A stretch of DNA of 56,535 nucleotides from Acidobacteriota bacterium (GCA_027064125.1 JAMOQF010000055.1:1-56535), one strand, 5' to 3'; shown: positions 1 through 9,971, counted from the stretch's first letter. Made by a program: numbers and translations. Notes: generated from the sequence alone by a model not told the origin.

Positions 1-93
1 AAAGATGCTTCTGATGTGAAACTACCCACTTTAAAGAAGATTTTAATAATATCATCTTCCAAAAAACCACTTATTGTTGAAGAGGTGGAGTAA
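1..93 (+). CDS. 3' end of an unidentified CDS cut by the window edge
   Basis: Frame 1 is open from position 1 (...KDASDVKLPTLKKILIISSSKKPLIVEEVE) and ends at TAA 91-93. No recognisable motif. Confidence 0.3.
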   Translation, partial: KDASDVKLPTLKKILIISSSKKPLIVEEVE

Positions 94-388
94 AGCAACT
101 TTTCCGATTTACGACCTGTGATTTTAGATTTTTAGAGAAAAAATATGTAAAATTAAAGGTGTCAGGCAAAAGTTTAAGAGAAATTTAAGGGGCTTTTAGG
201 GTTGGCATGCAAAAATGAACTCAAAACTGGCAGAATTAAAGTCCTCTGGCAAAATCAATGATTTAATGATTTAAGGAAAATTCCTTAGATTGAGTTTAAC
301 TTCTTAAATAACTTGAAAAAGGAAGTTAGATATTTAAAAAAAATCCGACGATATTTGTAGAAAGTAAAGGAGATATTAATGTGTCTGG
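94..388 (+). repeat. Intergenic mosaic repeat locus R1: one GGTGTCAGGCAA word plus one ~100-bp unit
   Basis: GGTGTCAGGCAA at 158-169 is followed by a unit with GGCA/TGGCA boxes. Positions 185-215 match 20606-20636 at 30 of 31 nt. Confidence 0.75.
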
Positions 389-1138
389 CTACAATTTTTT
401 ATTTATTTTTTCTTCAAATTTCTTTGAATACCTTATAAAAATAGAAAAGGAAGAAAAAGAACAAAAAATTAATCCCCTTATTCCATCTAAAAAACCCAAT
501 TTTAGGATATAGGATTTAAAGAATCTAAAGGGAGGGGAAAAGAGTAGTTTAAAAGTTGAAAAATCCCCACTTTTTTTATCAATTTCTGAATAGAGAATTA
601 TTTTTTTCAGGTGATGATCAATACTTTCGTAACTATAGTGGTATAGATCTCCCTTTAACTTTTTAGTCTTTAATTTTTTAGAAAATATTAAACCTTCGTG
701 GAGTTTTTTGTTGTCCCAACTGCAAAAATTTTTATTGAAGAGCCTGATCTTATATTCTGGATAATACCCTCCATGATTTAGAAATCCATTTAAGTACCAT
801 GTTTTTCTTGCTATTTTGTACACAGTATTTTCATCAAGCCCCCTCTTACACTCATCAATTATGGAATCTCTTAAATTTTTAGAAACAACCTCATCCGCGT
901 CTATTGATAGGATGAAGTCATTTTTTGCCATTTTATTTCCAAAGTTTTTTTGATCGCCAAATGTGGTAAACTTTCTTTGAAATACAGATGCCCCTAATTT
1001 TTTTGCAATTTTTACTGTGTTATCCGTTGAAAAGGAATCAACAACTACAATTTCATCTATAAAATCAAGACTTCTAATACATTTTTCAATTTTTCTTTCT
1101 TCATTGTAAGTTATTATTACAGCAGATATTTTTTCCAT
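389..1138 (-). CDS. Family 2 glycosyltransferase
   Basis: N-terminus MEKISAVIITYNEE...VVVDSFSTDNT and the DADE motif are typical of the GT2 (GT-A) fold. The start overlaps the pepF stop by 1 nt (TAATG). Confidence 0.85.
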   Translation of the reverse strand: MEKISAVIITYNEERKIEKCIRSLDFIDEIVVVDSFSTDNTVKIAKKLGASVFQRKFTTFGDQKNFGNKMAKNDFILSIDADEVVSKNLRDSIIDECKRGLDENTVYKIARKTWYLNGFLNHGGYYPEYKIRLFNKNFCSWDNKKLHEGLIFSKKLKTKKLKGDLYHYSYESIDHHLKKIILYSEIDKKSGDFSTFKLLFSPPFRFFKSYILKLGFLDGIRGLIFCSFSSFSIFIRYSKKFEEKINKKL

Positions 1139-2898
1139 TAGTTAAATCTTTCAAATTCTTCAATCATCTCTTCGATAAATTTAATTCCCTTTTCCCAGAA
1201 GGATCTTTCATTTAAGTTTTCGCCAACAATTTCAGCAAGTTGGTATGGGTTTTTACTCCCACCACTTGAAAGAATTTCCTTGTAGTTTTTTATGAAGTTT
1301 TCCCTTTCTTCCTCTTTATATTTTTTAAAAAGGGAAATTACAAATAATTCTCCAAAGGAATAGGCATAGCAGTAAAATCTGTAGTGAAAAAAGTGGGGAA
1401 TTGAAGACCAATTCCACTTTTGAACTTCAAAAAATTCAATTGAATCACCATACATTCTTTCCATTTCTTCCCACCAGATATTGCACATATCTTCTTCCGA
1501 TAGAAAACCTTCCTGACATCTTTTATGGGCTCTGTATTCAAATAAAATATACATGATTTGTCTGTATACAGTGGCAATTATGTCTTCAATTTTTGAGGAT
1601 AAGATATTTAAAAGGACATCCTTCATTTTGGTTTCATTTTTTAATTTCTCAGTAAGCAACATTTCTCCAAAAACCGATGCAGTTTCAGCAACCACAAGGG
1701 GAGGATGAAAATTTAGGTAACTATTTTTAGAGGCCATTATATCGTGTATACCATGTCCTATTTCATGAGCAAGAGTGTATACATCTCTTAATTTGGAATT
1801 GTAATTTGTCATTATAAAAGGATTTACCTCGGGGGATATCCCATAACAATACGCTCCCCCCATCTTCCCCTTTTTGATTTCCGCATCAATCCACTTTTTT
1901 TCAAAGAAATTTTTAGCAAGATTCCCAAATTCTTCGTCAAAAATTCCATAGGCGTCTATAACCATCTTAGCCGCTTCTTCATAGGGAATGTTTTCAAGTT
2001 CTTTTCCCATGGGGGCATATAGATCAGAACCCTTTAATTTTTTCTTTCCAAGCAATTCTGCTTTTTTTCTATAATATCTTTCCACCAGTGAATAACTATT
2101 TGTTATTACATCAACCATTAAGTCTATTGTGTCCTTTTCTATATGGTTTGCTATGTGGGTTGGTTCCATGGGATCTGAATACTTTCTGATTTCACATTCC
2201 ATGGCATGATCTTTAATTATGTTGTTGTAAATTGAGTTTAAAATTTTCCCAAATTCTTCATATTTTTTATAATAGGTAATTGTTGCCCTTTCCCTTACTT
2301 TTTCGTCAGGGTGATAGAAAAGGCCTCTAATTTCTGAACCAGTTAGTTTTTTTATTTCACCATCCATTTCAAATGTATAGGTAAAATCAGAAGTTATTTC
2401 GCTATAAAGTCTTTCAAAGGCATCGACACCTGTAAGATCTTTTTTCTCAATTAGAATTTCTTCTCTTTCGCTCAGTTTATGTGATTTTTCTCTCCAGAGA
2501 TTTTTAAGGTAATTTTTGTATTCTAAAAGTTCCTCTGAGTTTAGAAATTCCAAAAATTTGTCATCTTCCATTTTGAGAAGTTTCAACTCAAAGAAGGCGG
2601 TTTTCTCATATATTTTTGTTGAAAATTCTTCCGATTTAATCAGAAGTTGTTTGTAATTTCCATTTTGTGTATCTGTTGAAAAAAGCAAATATGCATAACC
2701 TCTTACTTTGCTTATCATTGTGAGAATTTTTTCAAGATCCTTTAATCCATCTTTTACCATTTTTGCCGTTTCAAGATTTTTTCTGTATTTTTTTTCAAAT
2801 TCTTCTGCGAGTTTTAAAGCCTTTTTAAGGTCAAGTTCCACCAATGGATCATCAATTCCGCTATAAAGTGGAGTAAGATCCCAATTTTTGCTATACAT
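1138..2898 (-). CDS. pepF: Oligoendopeptidase F-like M3 family metallopeptidase
   Basis: 586 aa with the zinc motif TLAHEIGHGIHD. Length and architecture fit M3B PepF. Confidence 0.85.
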   Translation of the reverse strand: MYSKNWDLTPLYSGIDDPLVELDLKKALKLAEEFEKKYRKNLETAKMVKDGLKDLEKILTMISKVRGYAYLLFSTDTQNGNYKQLLIKSEEFSTKIYEKTAFFELKLLKMEDDKFLEFLNSEELLEYKNYLKNLWREKSHKLSEREEILIEKKDLTGVDAFERLYSEITSDFTYTFEMDGEIKKLTGSEIRGLFYHPDEKVRERATITYYKKYEEFGKILNSIYNNIIKDHAMECEIRKYSDPMEPTHIANHIEKDTIDLMVDVITNSYSLVERYYRKKAELLGKKKLKGSDLYAPMGKELENIPYEEAAKMVIDAYGIFDEEFGNLAKNFFEKKWIDAEIKKGKMGGAYCYGISPEVNPFIMTNYNSKLRDVYTLAHEIGHGIHDIMASKNSYLNFHPPLVVAETASVFGEMLLTEKLKNETKMKDVLLNILSSKIEDIIATVYRQIMYILFEYRAHKRCQEGFLSEEDMCNIWWEEMERMYGDSIEFFEVQKWNWSSIPHFFHYRFYCYAYSFGELFVISLFKKYKEEERENFIKNYKEILSSGGSKNPYQLAEIVGENLNERSFWEKGIKFIEEMIEEFERFN

Positions 2899-2907
2899 GA
2901 CATCCTC

Positions 2908-5619
2908 CTATTGGGAAATTTCCATTAGAAGTATTTGCAAATCTAATAAATTTAATTTCCCATCTCCATTTATATCTCCCACATCTTTAAGATAGTTGTT
3001 TAAATATAGATTTTCCACCAGGAGATTTTTAAGGAGCAGGACATCCTCTATGTTTTTATTTCCATCTCCATTTAGATCTCCAGTAAAGTTTTCAAGGGAA
3101 CATGTTGGGGTTATTTCTTCAATGCTTATATCGTCTATGTACCATCCACTTCCGCCATTTGATTGATCTGAAGAAGCTCTGAACCTGATATATATTGTAT
3201 TTCCACTGAAAGAAGATAGATTTATAATACTTTCCTTTAATTGGGTGGAAAGTGATCCTCCACTAAAGGCCATTCTGCCTCCAATGGGAGAACCATATTT
3301 ATCAGAAATTTTCATATTGTATCCATTTTGAGTGAAGTAATTGCCCAGGTCCTGAAAGTTGTTTCCTCCATCTGTTGATATTTCCACAACTCCTCCATCG
3401 TATCCAATTTCAAAGGAATAGGTATGGAAAAAGTGAAGGTAATACAATTTTTCATTTGAGAGATCTATGGGGCCTAAGGTTAAATAACTATCCTGAATCT
3501 GAGGTGCATCTATTGTAAAATAACTGTGGTTTTGGGAGTGAGAGTAGGGGGTTTCCTTCAATTGCCATTCATAATTCGTTGTTCCAGCCCCTATTGATAT
3601 CTGCCAGAGAGAACTTCCACCAGATTCAAGATCATCTTCAAATATGTTATTGGAAGATATTTCTCCAATTTGTAGTTCTTCTTGAAAGTTAAATTCAAGT
3701 CCATCATTGTAAACTTTTATAAGGAATTTTGCCTTTTCTCCACACTGAAAATCACTACCTATTTTAAATATTATGGAATTTTCACAATGTATAATTGCCC
3801 CGGTGTGAGGTAAATTGTTAATTGAAAGGAGATTATTTAAAATTTTTATTGAAGGGTCTTCTGGAATAATTTTTATAAAGATTTTTCCAGTATCTACTGT
3901 TCCTGAGTTGTAGAAACTTAAATCCATTTTGTAAATTTCACCCGGATCTGCCTTTTCATCTCCATTGCCATCCAATTCCGAAAAGTCTACATTGTATAGG
4001 TTTACGAAGGGACCGTGGCTTCTACAATCTCCTTCTGAAAGTATGCCCCTGTTGTAGAAAATATTACATATTAATCCGGTATGATTTCCATTGTATAAAT
4101 TTTCATCTGCTTCAATTATTGAGAGGGCTCCATTTCTAAAATTTGTGGATGGAGGCATATGGTATTGTCCCTCAAGTACAATGGAATCCGTTATTTCCTT
4201 GCCCAGTTTCATAAATATTTCTCTAAGGCAGGATGACCATATCTCCCCATCGTCATGGATTTCACCATCCATGTCATCCGGGTACTTTTTATTTGAATCC
4301 ACCCTTCTCAGACATGGTGGAATTGAATTTGAATAGGAGGTGGAATCCCACTCTCCAATACAAAATGGATCAAAACCATTTGCAACACTTATGTTATAGG
4401 TGTTTGAGAAGGCCCAGTAATCACCGAAGCCTTCTCCTATGGCTCCCGATTCTCCTGTGGTGACAAACGCGTTTTTATTTTGAAAGTATTGAATTGAGTG
4501 CCCCATTTCATGAAGAATTATGTCTGCATCCTCTGCGTCGTCAACTCCGCCATCTCCATAAGCTATATAAGGGCTGCTTCCAGCAGAAAAATGGGATTGA
4601 TCCGCTCCATTTACTCCGTGGGGATCCACAGAAAGGGGATAGGGATATATGTCAAAACCTAAGGATTTTAAATATCTACATGCTTTATCAATCCAGTAAT
4701 ATACCATGACTGCTTCAAATCCATCATCTTCTCTGTAGTAGTTGAAGGAACCATCCTGTGATTTTGGTGGTGCAATATATGGATATTCAATGTCTTTAAC
4801 TTTTACATTTGGTCCATTTAAAATAAATAGGTCATTTTCATCCTTAGATATATCTTTTAGTAAAACTTCTTGATATGCTCTTTCTGAAATGGCGTTATTA
4901 CTATCTCCCATATCCCTCAAGTTTATATTTCTGAGTGAATTTACTGGATTTGGATTGAATATTCTTCCATTTCCATCGAAATAATAGATATTTGAGGTTT
5001 CAAAAAGTATTTTCCCATCAAGGAGGGAAATAATATATTTTACATCTAATGGAGAATTTTTCTTTTTTAATTCCACATAAGTTGAAGGTATTAAATTGTT
5101 ATCCTTTCCTATGTAAAAAACTTTATAGAGGTTTTTGAGGGAAAATTTTCTGCCATATTTTTTTTCAAAACTTTTTTCCGCTATTTCCAGGGAATCAGAT
5201 TCATTTAATTTTTGTGGATGGGAGATTTTGGTGTTGAATACCTTTTCGAAAATTGAGTAGAGTTCTTTTTTATCGTTAATGTGGAGATCTATATAAGAAT
5301 TAAAAACTTGAATTCCCTTAAAATTTGCCTTAAATCTCAAATGAATTCCACTTAAACTTGTCCATTCCTCTTCAAGGTTGAAGTTTTTGTAAATTTTTTC
5401 TATTTTCAATGGGTATTTTAAATTTTCAAGAATTAGTCCCGGATTTAAAAGTTCATTATTTTGCAGTTTGTAATCTTTCAATTTAAGGAAGCATGGAAAA
5501 TTTTTCTCATAAGAAATTTTAATTTCTTTTCCTTCAAAATTTATAAACTTATAGTTTGAAGAAAATAAAAAGGTAATTGAGAGTAAAGTAGTAAATAGGA
5601 AAAAGATTTTTTTGAACAT
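2908..5619 (-). CDS. Secreted zinc metalloprotease (thermolysin clan, M36/fungalysin-like) with a C-terminal MAM/lectin-like domain and a dockerin-type module
   Basis: Signal peptide MFKKIFFLFTTLLSITFLFSS. HEMGH plus the downstream GEGFGDYWA (gluzincin third ligand). The C-terminus is GDLNGDGNKNIEDVLLLKNLL...GDINGDGKLNLLDLQILL, a duplicated calcium-loop dockerin signature. Confidence 0.75.
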   Translation of the reverse strand: MFKKIFFLFTTLLSITFLFSSNYKFINFEGKEIKISYEKNFPCFLKLKDYKLQNNELLNPGLILENLKYPLKIEKIYKNFNLEEEWTSLSGIHLRFKANFKGIQVFNSYIDLHINDKKELYSIFEKVFNTKISHPQKLNESDSLEIAEKSFEKKYGRKFSLKNLYKVFYIGKDNNLIPSTYVELKKKNSPLDVKYIISLLDGKILFETSNIYYFDGNGRIFNPNPVNSLRNINLRDMGDSNNAISERAYQEVLLKDISKDENDLFILNGPNVKVKDIEYPYIAPPKSQDGSFNYYREDDGFEAVMVYYWIDKACRYLKSLGFDIYPYPLSVDPHGVNGADQSHFSAGSSPYIAYGDGGVDDAEDADIILHEMGHSIQYFQNKNAFVTTGESGAIGEGFGDYWAFSNTYNISVANGFDPFCIGEWDSTSYSNSIPPCLRRVDSNKKYPDDMDGEIHDDGEIWSSCLREIFMKLGKEITDSIVLEGQYHMPPSTNFRNGALSIIEADENLYNGNHTGLICNIFYNRGILSEGDCRSHGPFVNLYNVDFSELDGNGDEKADPGEIYKMDLSFYNSGTVDTGKIFIKIIPEDPSIKILNNLLSINNLPHTGAIIHCENSIIFKIGSDFQCGEKAKFLIKVYNDGLEFNFQEELQIGEISSNNIFEDDLESGGSSLWQISIGAGTTNYEWQLKETPYSHSQNHSYFTIDAPQIQDSYLTLGPIDLSNEKLYYLHFFHTYSFEIGYDGGVVEISTDGGNNFQDLGNYFTQNGYNMKISDKYGSPIGGRMAFSGGSLSTQLKESIINLSSFSGNTIYIRFRASSDQSNGGSGWYIDDISIEEITPTCSLENFTGDLNGDGNKNIEDVLLLKNLLVENLYLNNYLKDVGDINGDGKLNLLDLQILLMEISQ

Positions 5620-5685
5620 ATCACTTCCTTATCTTTAAACTTTAAAATATTAAAGATTAAAAAATAGGCAAATTGTTTTAAAGAA

Positions 5686-6084
5686 CTACTTAATTTTTAC
5701 AAAAATAGCCTTCGCTGTGGCCGAAATTTCTCCATTGGGATTTAATATTTTTCCGGAAGTTTTAATAATTTTTCCTCTGTCCTCATCAACTTTCCCAAAA
5801 ATTGTAATCTCACTTCCAGCAAGTATTGGTTTTTTCAGGGAAACCTCTATTTTCCCCGTTGCTACTGCTTTTTTCCCCGTTTTTCTGAAGGCAGCGTGAG
5901 CCATGACTTCATCAAGTAGCATTGATACAAATCCACCGTGAAGTACATTTCGATATCCCTGGTATTCTCTTTTTACTTTAAATTTTGTGGTAATTTCCCC
6001 ATCAGGTGTTTCATCTATTTTTAGTTTAAGCCCTATTGGATTTTCCTTTCCACAACAAAAACAGTAGTTATCTTCTTCAAACAT
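5686..6084 (-). CDS. PaaI-family hotdog-fold thioesterase
   Basis: 132 aa with CFCCGKENPIGLKL...VLHGGFVSMLLDEVM, typical of PaaI/YbgC-type thioesterases. Confidence 0.75.
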   Translation of the reverse strand: MFEEDNYCFCCGKENPIGLKLKIDETPDGEITTKFKVKREYQGYRNVLHGGFVSMLLDEVMAHAAFRKTGKKAVATGKIEVSLKKPILAGSEITIFGKVDEDRGKIIKTSGKILNPNGEISATAKAIFVKIK

Positions 6085-6087
6085 ATC

Positions 6088-6744
6088 TTAAACTATTTTA
6101 TTTCCGGGAACCTTTTCCCAGTCTTTTAGAAATCTTTCTATTCCAATATCTGTAAGAGGGTGTTTTACCAATTTTTCAATTACTGCAAAGGGGATGGTAG
6201 CAATATCTGCGCCTATCATTGCTGCTTCGACAACGTGAAGGGGATGCCTTATTGAAGCCACTATGACTTCTGTATCAAAGTCATAATTTTCAAATATTTG
6301 AACAATCTGGCTCACGAGTTCCATACCATTGTGTTGTATGTCATCAAGTCTTCCCACAAATGGACTTACAAATGTTGCTCCTGCCTTTGCGGCCATAAGT
6401 GCCTGGATTGGATTAAATATAAGGGTTACATTTGTCATGATACCTTCAGAGGATAGTATCTTTACCGCTTTTAGTCCCTCCACTGTCATTGGAATTTTAA
6501 TAGCAATATTGTCAGCAATTTTTGCAAGTTCCATAGCCTCCTTGACCATTCCTTCTGAATCTAAACTTACAACTTCTGCACTTACAGGACCGTCGACCAA
6601 CTCGCAAATTTCAGAAATTAATTCTTTGAAGTTCCTATTTTCTCTCGAAACAAGCGTTGGGTTTGTGGTTACTCCATCTAAAATTCCATAAGATAGTGCC
6701 TTTTTAATTTGCTCAATGTTTGCTGTGTCAATAAAAAATTTCAT
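6088..6744 (-). CDS. tal: Transaldolase / fructose-6-phosphate aldolase (short TalC/Fsa type)
   Basis: [15 protein letters not shown]...GVTTNPTL...[10 protein letters not shown] is the canonical short transaldolase. I place the start at ATG 6742-6744, preceded by AAGGTG at a 6-nt spacing, rather than the GTG at 6753 that lies inside the RBS. Confidence 0.9.
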   Translation of the reverse strand: MKFFIDTANIEQIKKALSYGILDGVTTNPTLVSRENRNFKELISEICELVDGPVSAEVVSLDSEGMVKEAMELAKIADNIAIKIPMTVEGLKAVKILSSEGIMTNVTLIFNPIQALMAAKAGATFVSPFVGRLDDIQHNGMELVSQIVQIFENYDFDTEVIVASIRHPLHVVEAAMIGADIATIPFAVIEKLVKHPLTDIGIERFLKDWEKVPGNKIV

Positions 6745-6899
6745 ACTATTCACCTTAGAAATTTTATAAAGTTAATAATAAAATAGGTAATACTCTTAAG
6801 TCAAGATGTTATGATTTCCCAAAATCCGTGATTGCTATATAAAAGGCTCTGTAAATGTGTTAAAATAAAGTAATTTTAAAAAATTACCCTTAACCTAAA

Positions 6900-7835
6900 A
6901 GGGAAACACACCATAAACTTAGTGTTTGAGGGATTGTAGGAAAAGATATTTTCATTTATTAACTACATGATTAAATTTCAGGCAGTGTAAAATTAATTGT
7001 GTCAAAAAGGAGAAATCTCTTTTCGGGAAAAAGGGATTAAAATTAACCTTGATTGAAAATTCCCTAAAAGGACTATACCTATGAGTGACTTAATTTTTAC
7101 CTGGGTTTCAGAACTTTTCAAAAGGTATCAGGCAAGTAATAGGTAATACAGGTAAGTAAGTAAAAAAAGAAAGATGGAAGGGGACAGACCTAAATCTTGA
7201 AAATGTGTCAGGCAAAAATTTAGATGGCTTTTGAGGGGGAGGCAAATAAAAAAAGGATAAAATTCTGGCAAAAAGAAAATCCTTCTGGCAGAAATCAAAT
7301 GATTAAAATTTTTTTCTTTCTATAAGCCTTTAGGGGTATTTAGGGTGGGCAGATAGGAAGAAATTAAATTCTTGCAAAGATGAAATCCTTTGGCAAAAAA
7401 CAACAATTAAAGCAAATGCCCTTTTTCATCCTATAAACCTTTGGGGGTATTAGGGGTAGGCAAATAAGGAAAAAACTTAAAACTGGCAATACCTAAAAAT
7501 TTTCTGGCAAAAATTAACAATTAAAATAAAATCCCTTTTCTCTTCTATAAGCCTTTTATGGGCCTTATGGGCCTTTTGGATCGGGTAAGTAAGAGGAAAA
7601 ACTAAATTCTGGCAAAGATAAAATCTTTTAGCAAAAGTCAGCGATTAAATAAAATTCTTTTTTACCCTATAAATCTTTAAAGGATATGGAAAAAGGGACA
7701 GACCTGAATTTAAAATTGGACAAGTAAGAAAAAGGAATGAAGGGGAATTGTTCTCATACAAAATTGAAAGACTTCTTTTCTTTTATTTTAACAAATCTTA
7801 TTTACTAAATAGAAAATTTCTTTAATCTTTACTTA
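6900..7835 (+). repeat. Intergenic mosaic repeat locus R2: left boundary module, word motifs, four tandem units, right boundary module
   Basis: The left module 6903-7123 is homologous to 39507-39590 and, inverted, to 33640-33800. GGTATCAGGCAA is at 7124, GGGGACAGACCTAAA at 7180 and GTGTCAGGCAA at 7205. Units span 7216-7668. GGGACAGACCTGAA is at 7695. The right module ~7775-7835 is homologous to ~40220-40262. Confidence 0.85.
7216..7668 (+). repeat. Tandem array of four degenerate ~104-122 bp units
   Basis: Unit heads CTATAA(G/A)CC lie at 7320, 7431, 7545 and 7667 (periods 111, 114, 122). Each unit carries G-rich TTTAGGGG..TAGGG..GGCA followed by two (T)CTGGCA boxes, spaced about 25 and 20 bp, and ends in CCCTTTT. 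Confidence 0.85.
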
Positions 7836-8072
7836 AAAATACCTTTATCCAAAAGTCAATCCCGTATTTTAGATGGTTTTTATATGAGATATTGTATAAG
7901 ATATTGCTGACTGAAAATTACAAAATATATAAAATTTTTATTTATTTTTGTTGAAATTTTCAGTAAAATATTATCAAGTGGTTAATTTATTCGGAGGTTT
8001 GGAGTTACGAAAAGAGTATCCTTTCTTTTCATCCTGTTTTTAATTCTATTTATTTTTTCTGCCTGGAATAAG

Positions 8073-8906
8073 GTGGATAAAACTTATTCCAATTTTATTA
8101 ATACTTTTCTTTCCCTTTCGCCTGATCAGAGGGAGGAAGTAGCCTTGAAGAGGCACTGGGTGAAACTTGAGATCCCCTATATTCAGCAATATTCTGATAT
8201 GATACCTACTAATCTTGAAAGGAAGATGCCACCTGAGGTACTGGATAGGGTTTTAAAGGCTGCAGAACAAAAAGAGATGGAATTTCCATTTGATAAATTT
8301 AAAAAGATAGAGAGATGGATTCCTTCTGAAAAGGACATGAAGTTTATGCTTGGCAGATACGCTCCAGATGAAAATGAAGGTTTAAAGTTTGGTGATGGTG
8401 ATGGTGTTAACATGTGTGATCTTTCAATGGCTATAAAGGGAGATGTCCTTCTTGTTCACAATGGTTTTGTTCCATGGGGTTGGCATAGTCATGCTGGGAT
8501 TTTCTATGGAGGTACTGGAGTTTATTCCACTATAGAATCTGATTGCAATCAGAATTACTTTGGAGATCCCCATCCCGGAGTTCATTTTGAGCCAGTTTCC
8601 CACTGGAATAATGATTACGACTATTGTAGAATTATGAGGGTTATAACGTGGCCACTCAGTACAAGTTATCGTAGTAAGGCTGCTGAATATGCAAGAAAAC
8701 AACTTGGCAAGCCATACAACTTCAACTGGTTATGGAAATGGGCAACTGATAAATTTTATTGTTCTCAACTCGTTTGGGCTGGATATTACAGAACTTCAAA
8801 ATGGTATGCCCGTATTAATATTGATGCTGTTCCATCGGATACATGGGTTGCTCCAGATGAATTGTATGCTTCCTGGAGGACCTGGACAGTTACATCAAGT
8901 TGGTAA
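8073..8906 (+). CDS. Permuted papain-like (NlpC/P60 superfamily, YaeF/YiiX C92-like) amidase
   Basis: The order is His then Cys: GDVLLV...HSHAGIFYG comes upstream of GKPYNFNW...DKFYCSQLVWAGYY, as in circularly permuted C92 enzymes. The start is uncertain: GTG 8073 is the first canonical start, yet the frame is open upstream through a hydrophobic stretch (ILSFHPVLILFIFSAW). Confidence 0.6.
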   Translation: MDKTYSNFINTFLSLSPDQREEVALKRHWVKLEIPYIQQYSDMIPTNLERKMPPEVLDRVLKAAEQKEMEFPFDKFKKIERWIPSEKDMKFMLGRYAPDENEGLKFGDGDGVNMCDLSMAIKGDVLLVHNGFVPWGWHSHAGIFYGGTGVYSTIESDCNQNYFGDPHPGVHFEPVSHWNNDYDYCRIMRVITWPLSTSYRSKAAEYARKQLGKPYNFNWLWKWATDKFYCSQLVWAGYYRTSKWYARINIDAVPSDTWVAPDELYASWRTWTVTSSW

Positions 8907-8942
8907 TTGGTAGGGAAGTATAGATAAACAAACTTTTTTAGC

Positions 8943-9971
8943 ATGAGATTTTTTGGTAGAATTACATTTATAGGTATACTCTTTTTTTACCTTTTTTCAG
9001 GTTTTTTCTTTTCTGAGAAAAATTTAATACTGTTAAATTCGGGTAGGGATTACATCTACCTTTTTTCACCACAAAAAGAAACAGTAATCAAAAAGTTAGA
9101 AATCTGCGATAAGGAAGCCTCATGCACGGATATAATTTCCTTTATGAATAATTTTTTTGTAATTTTGCACAGGATATCATACAACACTGACGGCAGGGAT
9201 ATTTATGTACTGGACAAAGTAAGTGGTAATCTACTTAGAAAGATACCAATTGCAAAATCACCCTATCATTTTTTAAAAATAGATAAATTTCGATATTTAA
9301 TATCCCATACTCTTCTTGAATATGATGTGGAGGGGTTTATTTCAGAAATATTTAATATAAAAAAGGAATCGATAGAGAAAAAGTTTGTTTTTAGGGGAAT
9401 CCCTGTTGGGGTCATTTCCTTTTTAAATGGTAAATTTGCAGTGATTGAAGATGTAAGGGGGACTATTGGTGGAGTCGAACTTGTGGAATTGTTTGGAAAG
9501 AGAAAATTTCTCTTAAAAAATAGGTTTATTTCCTCAAATATTTTTTCCTGTAATGGGAAATTGTTTTGTGCGGTAAACCATTTTGGGCCCCCTAAAAGTA
9601 GAAATTCGCTTCTTCAAATCTTATTTGATAAAGGAGGAGGACATACAAAGGTAAAAATTTTAAAGAAATTTGAAATTTCAGATCCCATTATTCTTGGAAC
9701 GGCTAAAAATTATTTGTTTATAGGTTTTAATAACCATTCTTTTACAAATAACTACAATAGATTTGGAATTTATGATGTTAAAACCGGTAGTTTTACTCAA
9801 TTTAGCATATGTTATGGACCTGAATCCATTGTTTATTGTGATGGTAAGTTGTATATTGCCTGCATTCAAAGAGAAAGCATAGCAATCATTAACCTTAAAA
9901 ATTACGATGTAAAGGTTATCGATGTCTCAGATTGTGAAGTTGGTTTTTCAAGAATTAGAATGGGATATTAA
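8943..9971 (+). CDS. Hypothetical secreted or membrane-anchored protein, possibly beta-propeller-like
   Basis: 342-aa ORF with an N-terminal hydrophobic segment FIGILFFYLFSGFFF. No family motif recognised. Confidence 0.5.
   Translation: MRFFGRITFIGILFFYLFSGFFFSEKNLILLNSGRDYIYLFSPQKETVIKKLEICDKEASCTDIISFMNNFFVILHRISYNTDGRDIYVLDKVSGNLLRKIPIAKSPYHFLKIDKFRYLISHTLLEYDVEGFISEIFNIKKESIEKKFVFRGIPVGVISFLNGKFAVIEDVRGTIGGVELVELFGKRKFLLKNRFISSNIFSCNGKLFCAVNHFGPPKSRNSLLQILFDKGGGHTKVKILKKFEISDPIILGTAKNYLFIGFNNHSFTNNYNRFGIYDVKTGSFTQFSICYGPESIVYCDGKLYIACIQRESIAIINLKNYDVKVIDVSDCEVGFSRIRMGY

Noticed and set aside
7335-7352. TTAGGG telomere-like hexamers inside the units (ATTTAGGGTGGG, ATTAGGGGTAGG)
   Set aside because: These are single occurrences embedded in a longer conserved unit, not tandem hexamers. 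I treat them as coincidental.
7405-7450. Hairpin across a unit junction (AAATGCCC ... GGGTATTT)
   Set aside because: The pairing is not conserved at the other unit junctions (7300-7345, 7520-7570, 19090-19140, 19350-19400). It is therefore unlikely to be a functional stem.
7484-7510. TGGCA boxes as sigma-54 (-24/-12) promoters
   Set aside because: The -12 TTGC element at the required spacing (GG to GC about 10 nt) is absent downstream of the TGGCA boxes I checked.
7216-7668. Possible CRISPR array, suggested by regularly spaced repeats in non-coding DNA
   Set aside because: The period is 104-122 bp rather than ~60-75 bp. Neighbouring units are homologous over their whole length, so there are no unique spacers. 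There is no exact 25-40 nt repeat, and no cas genes are in the window.
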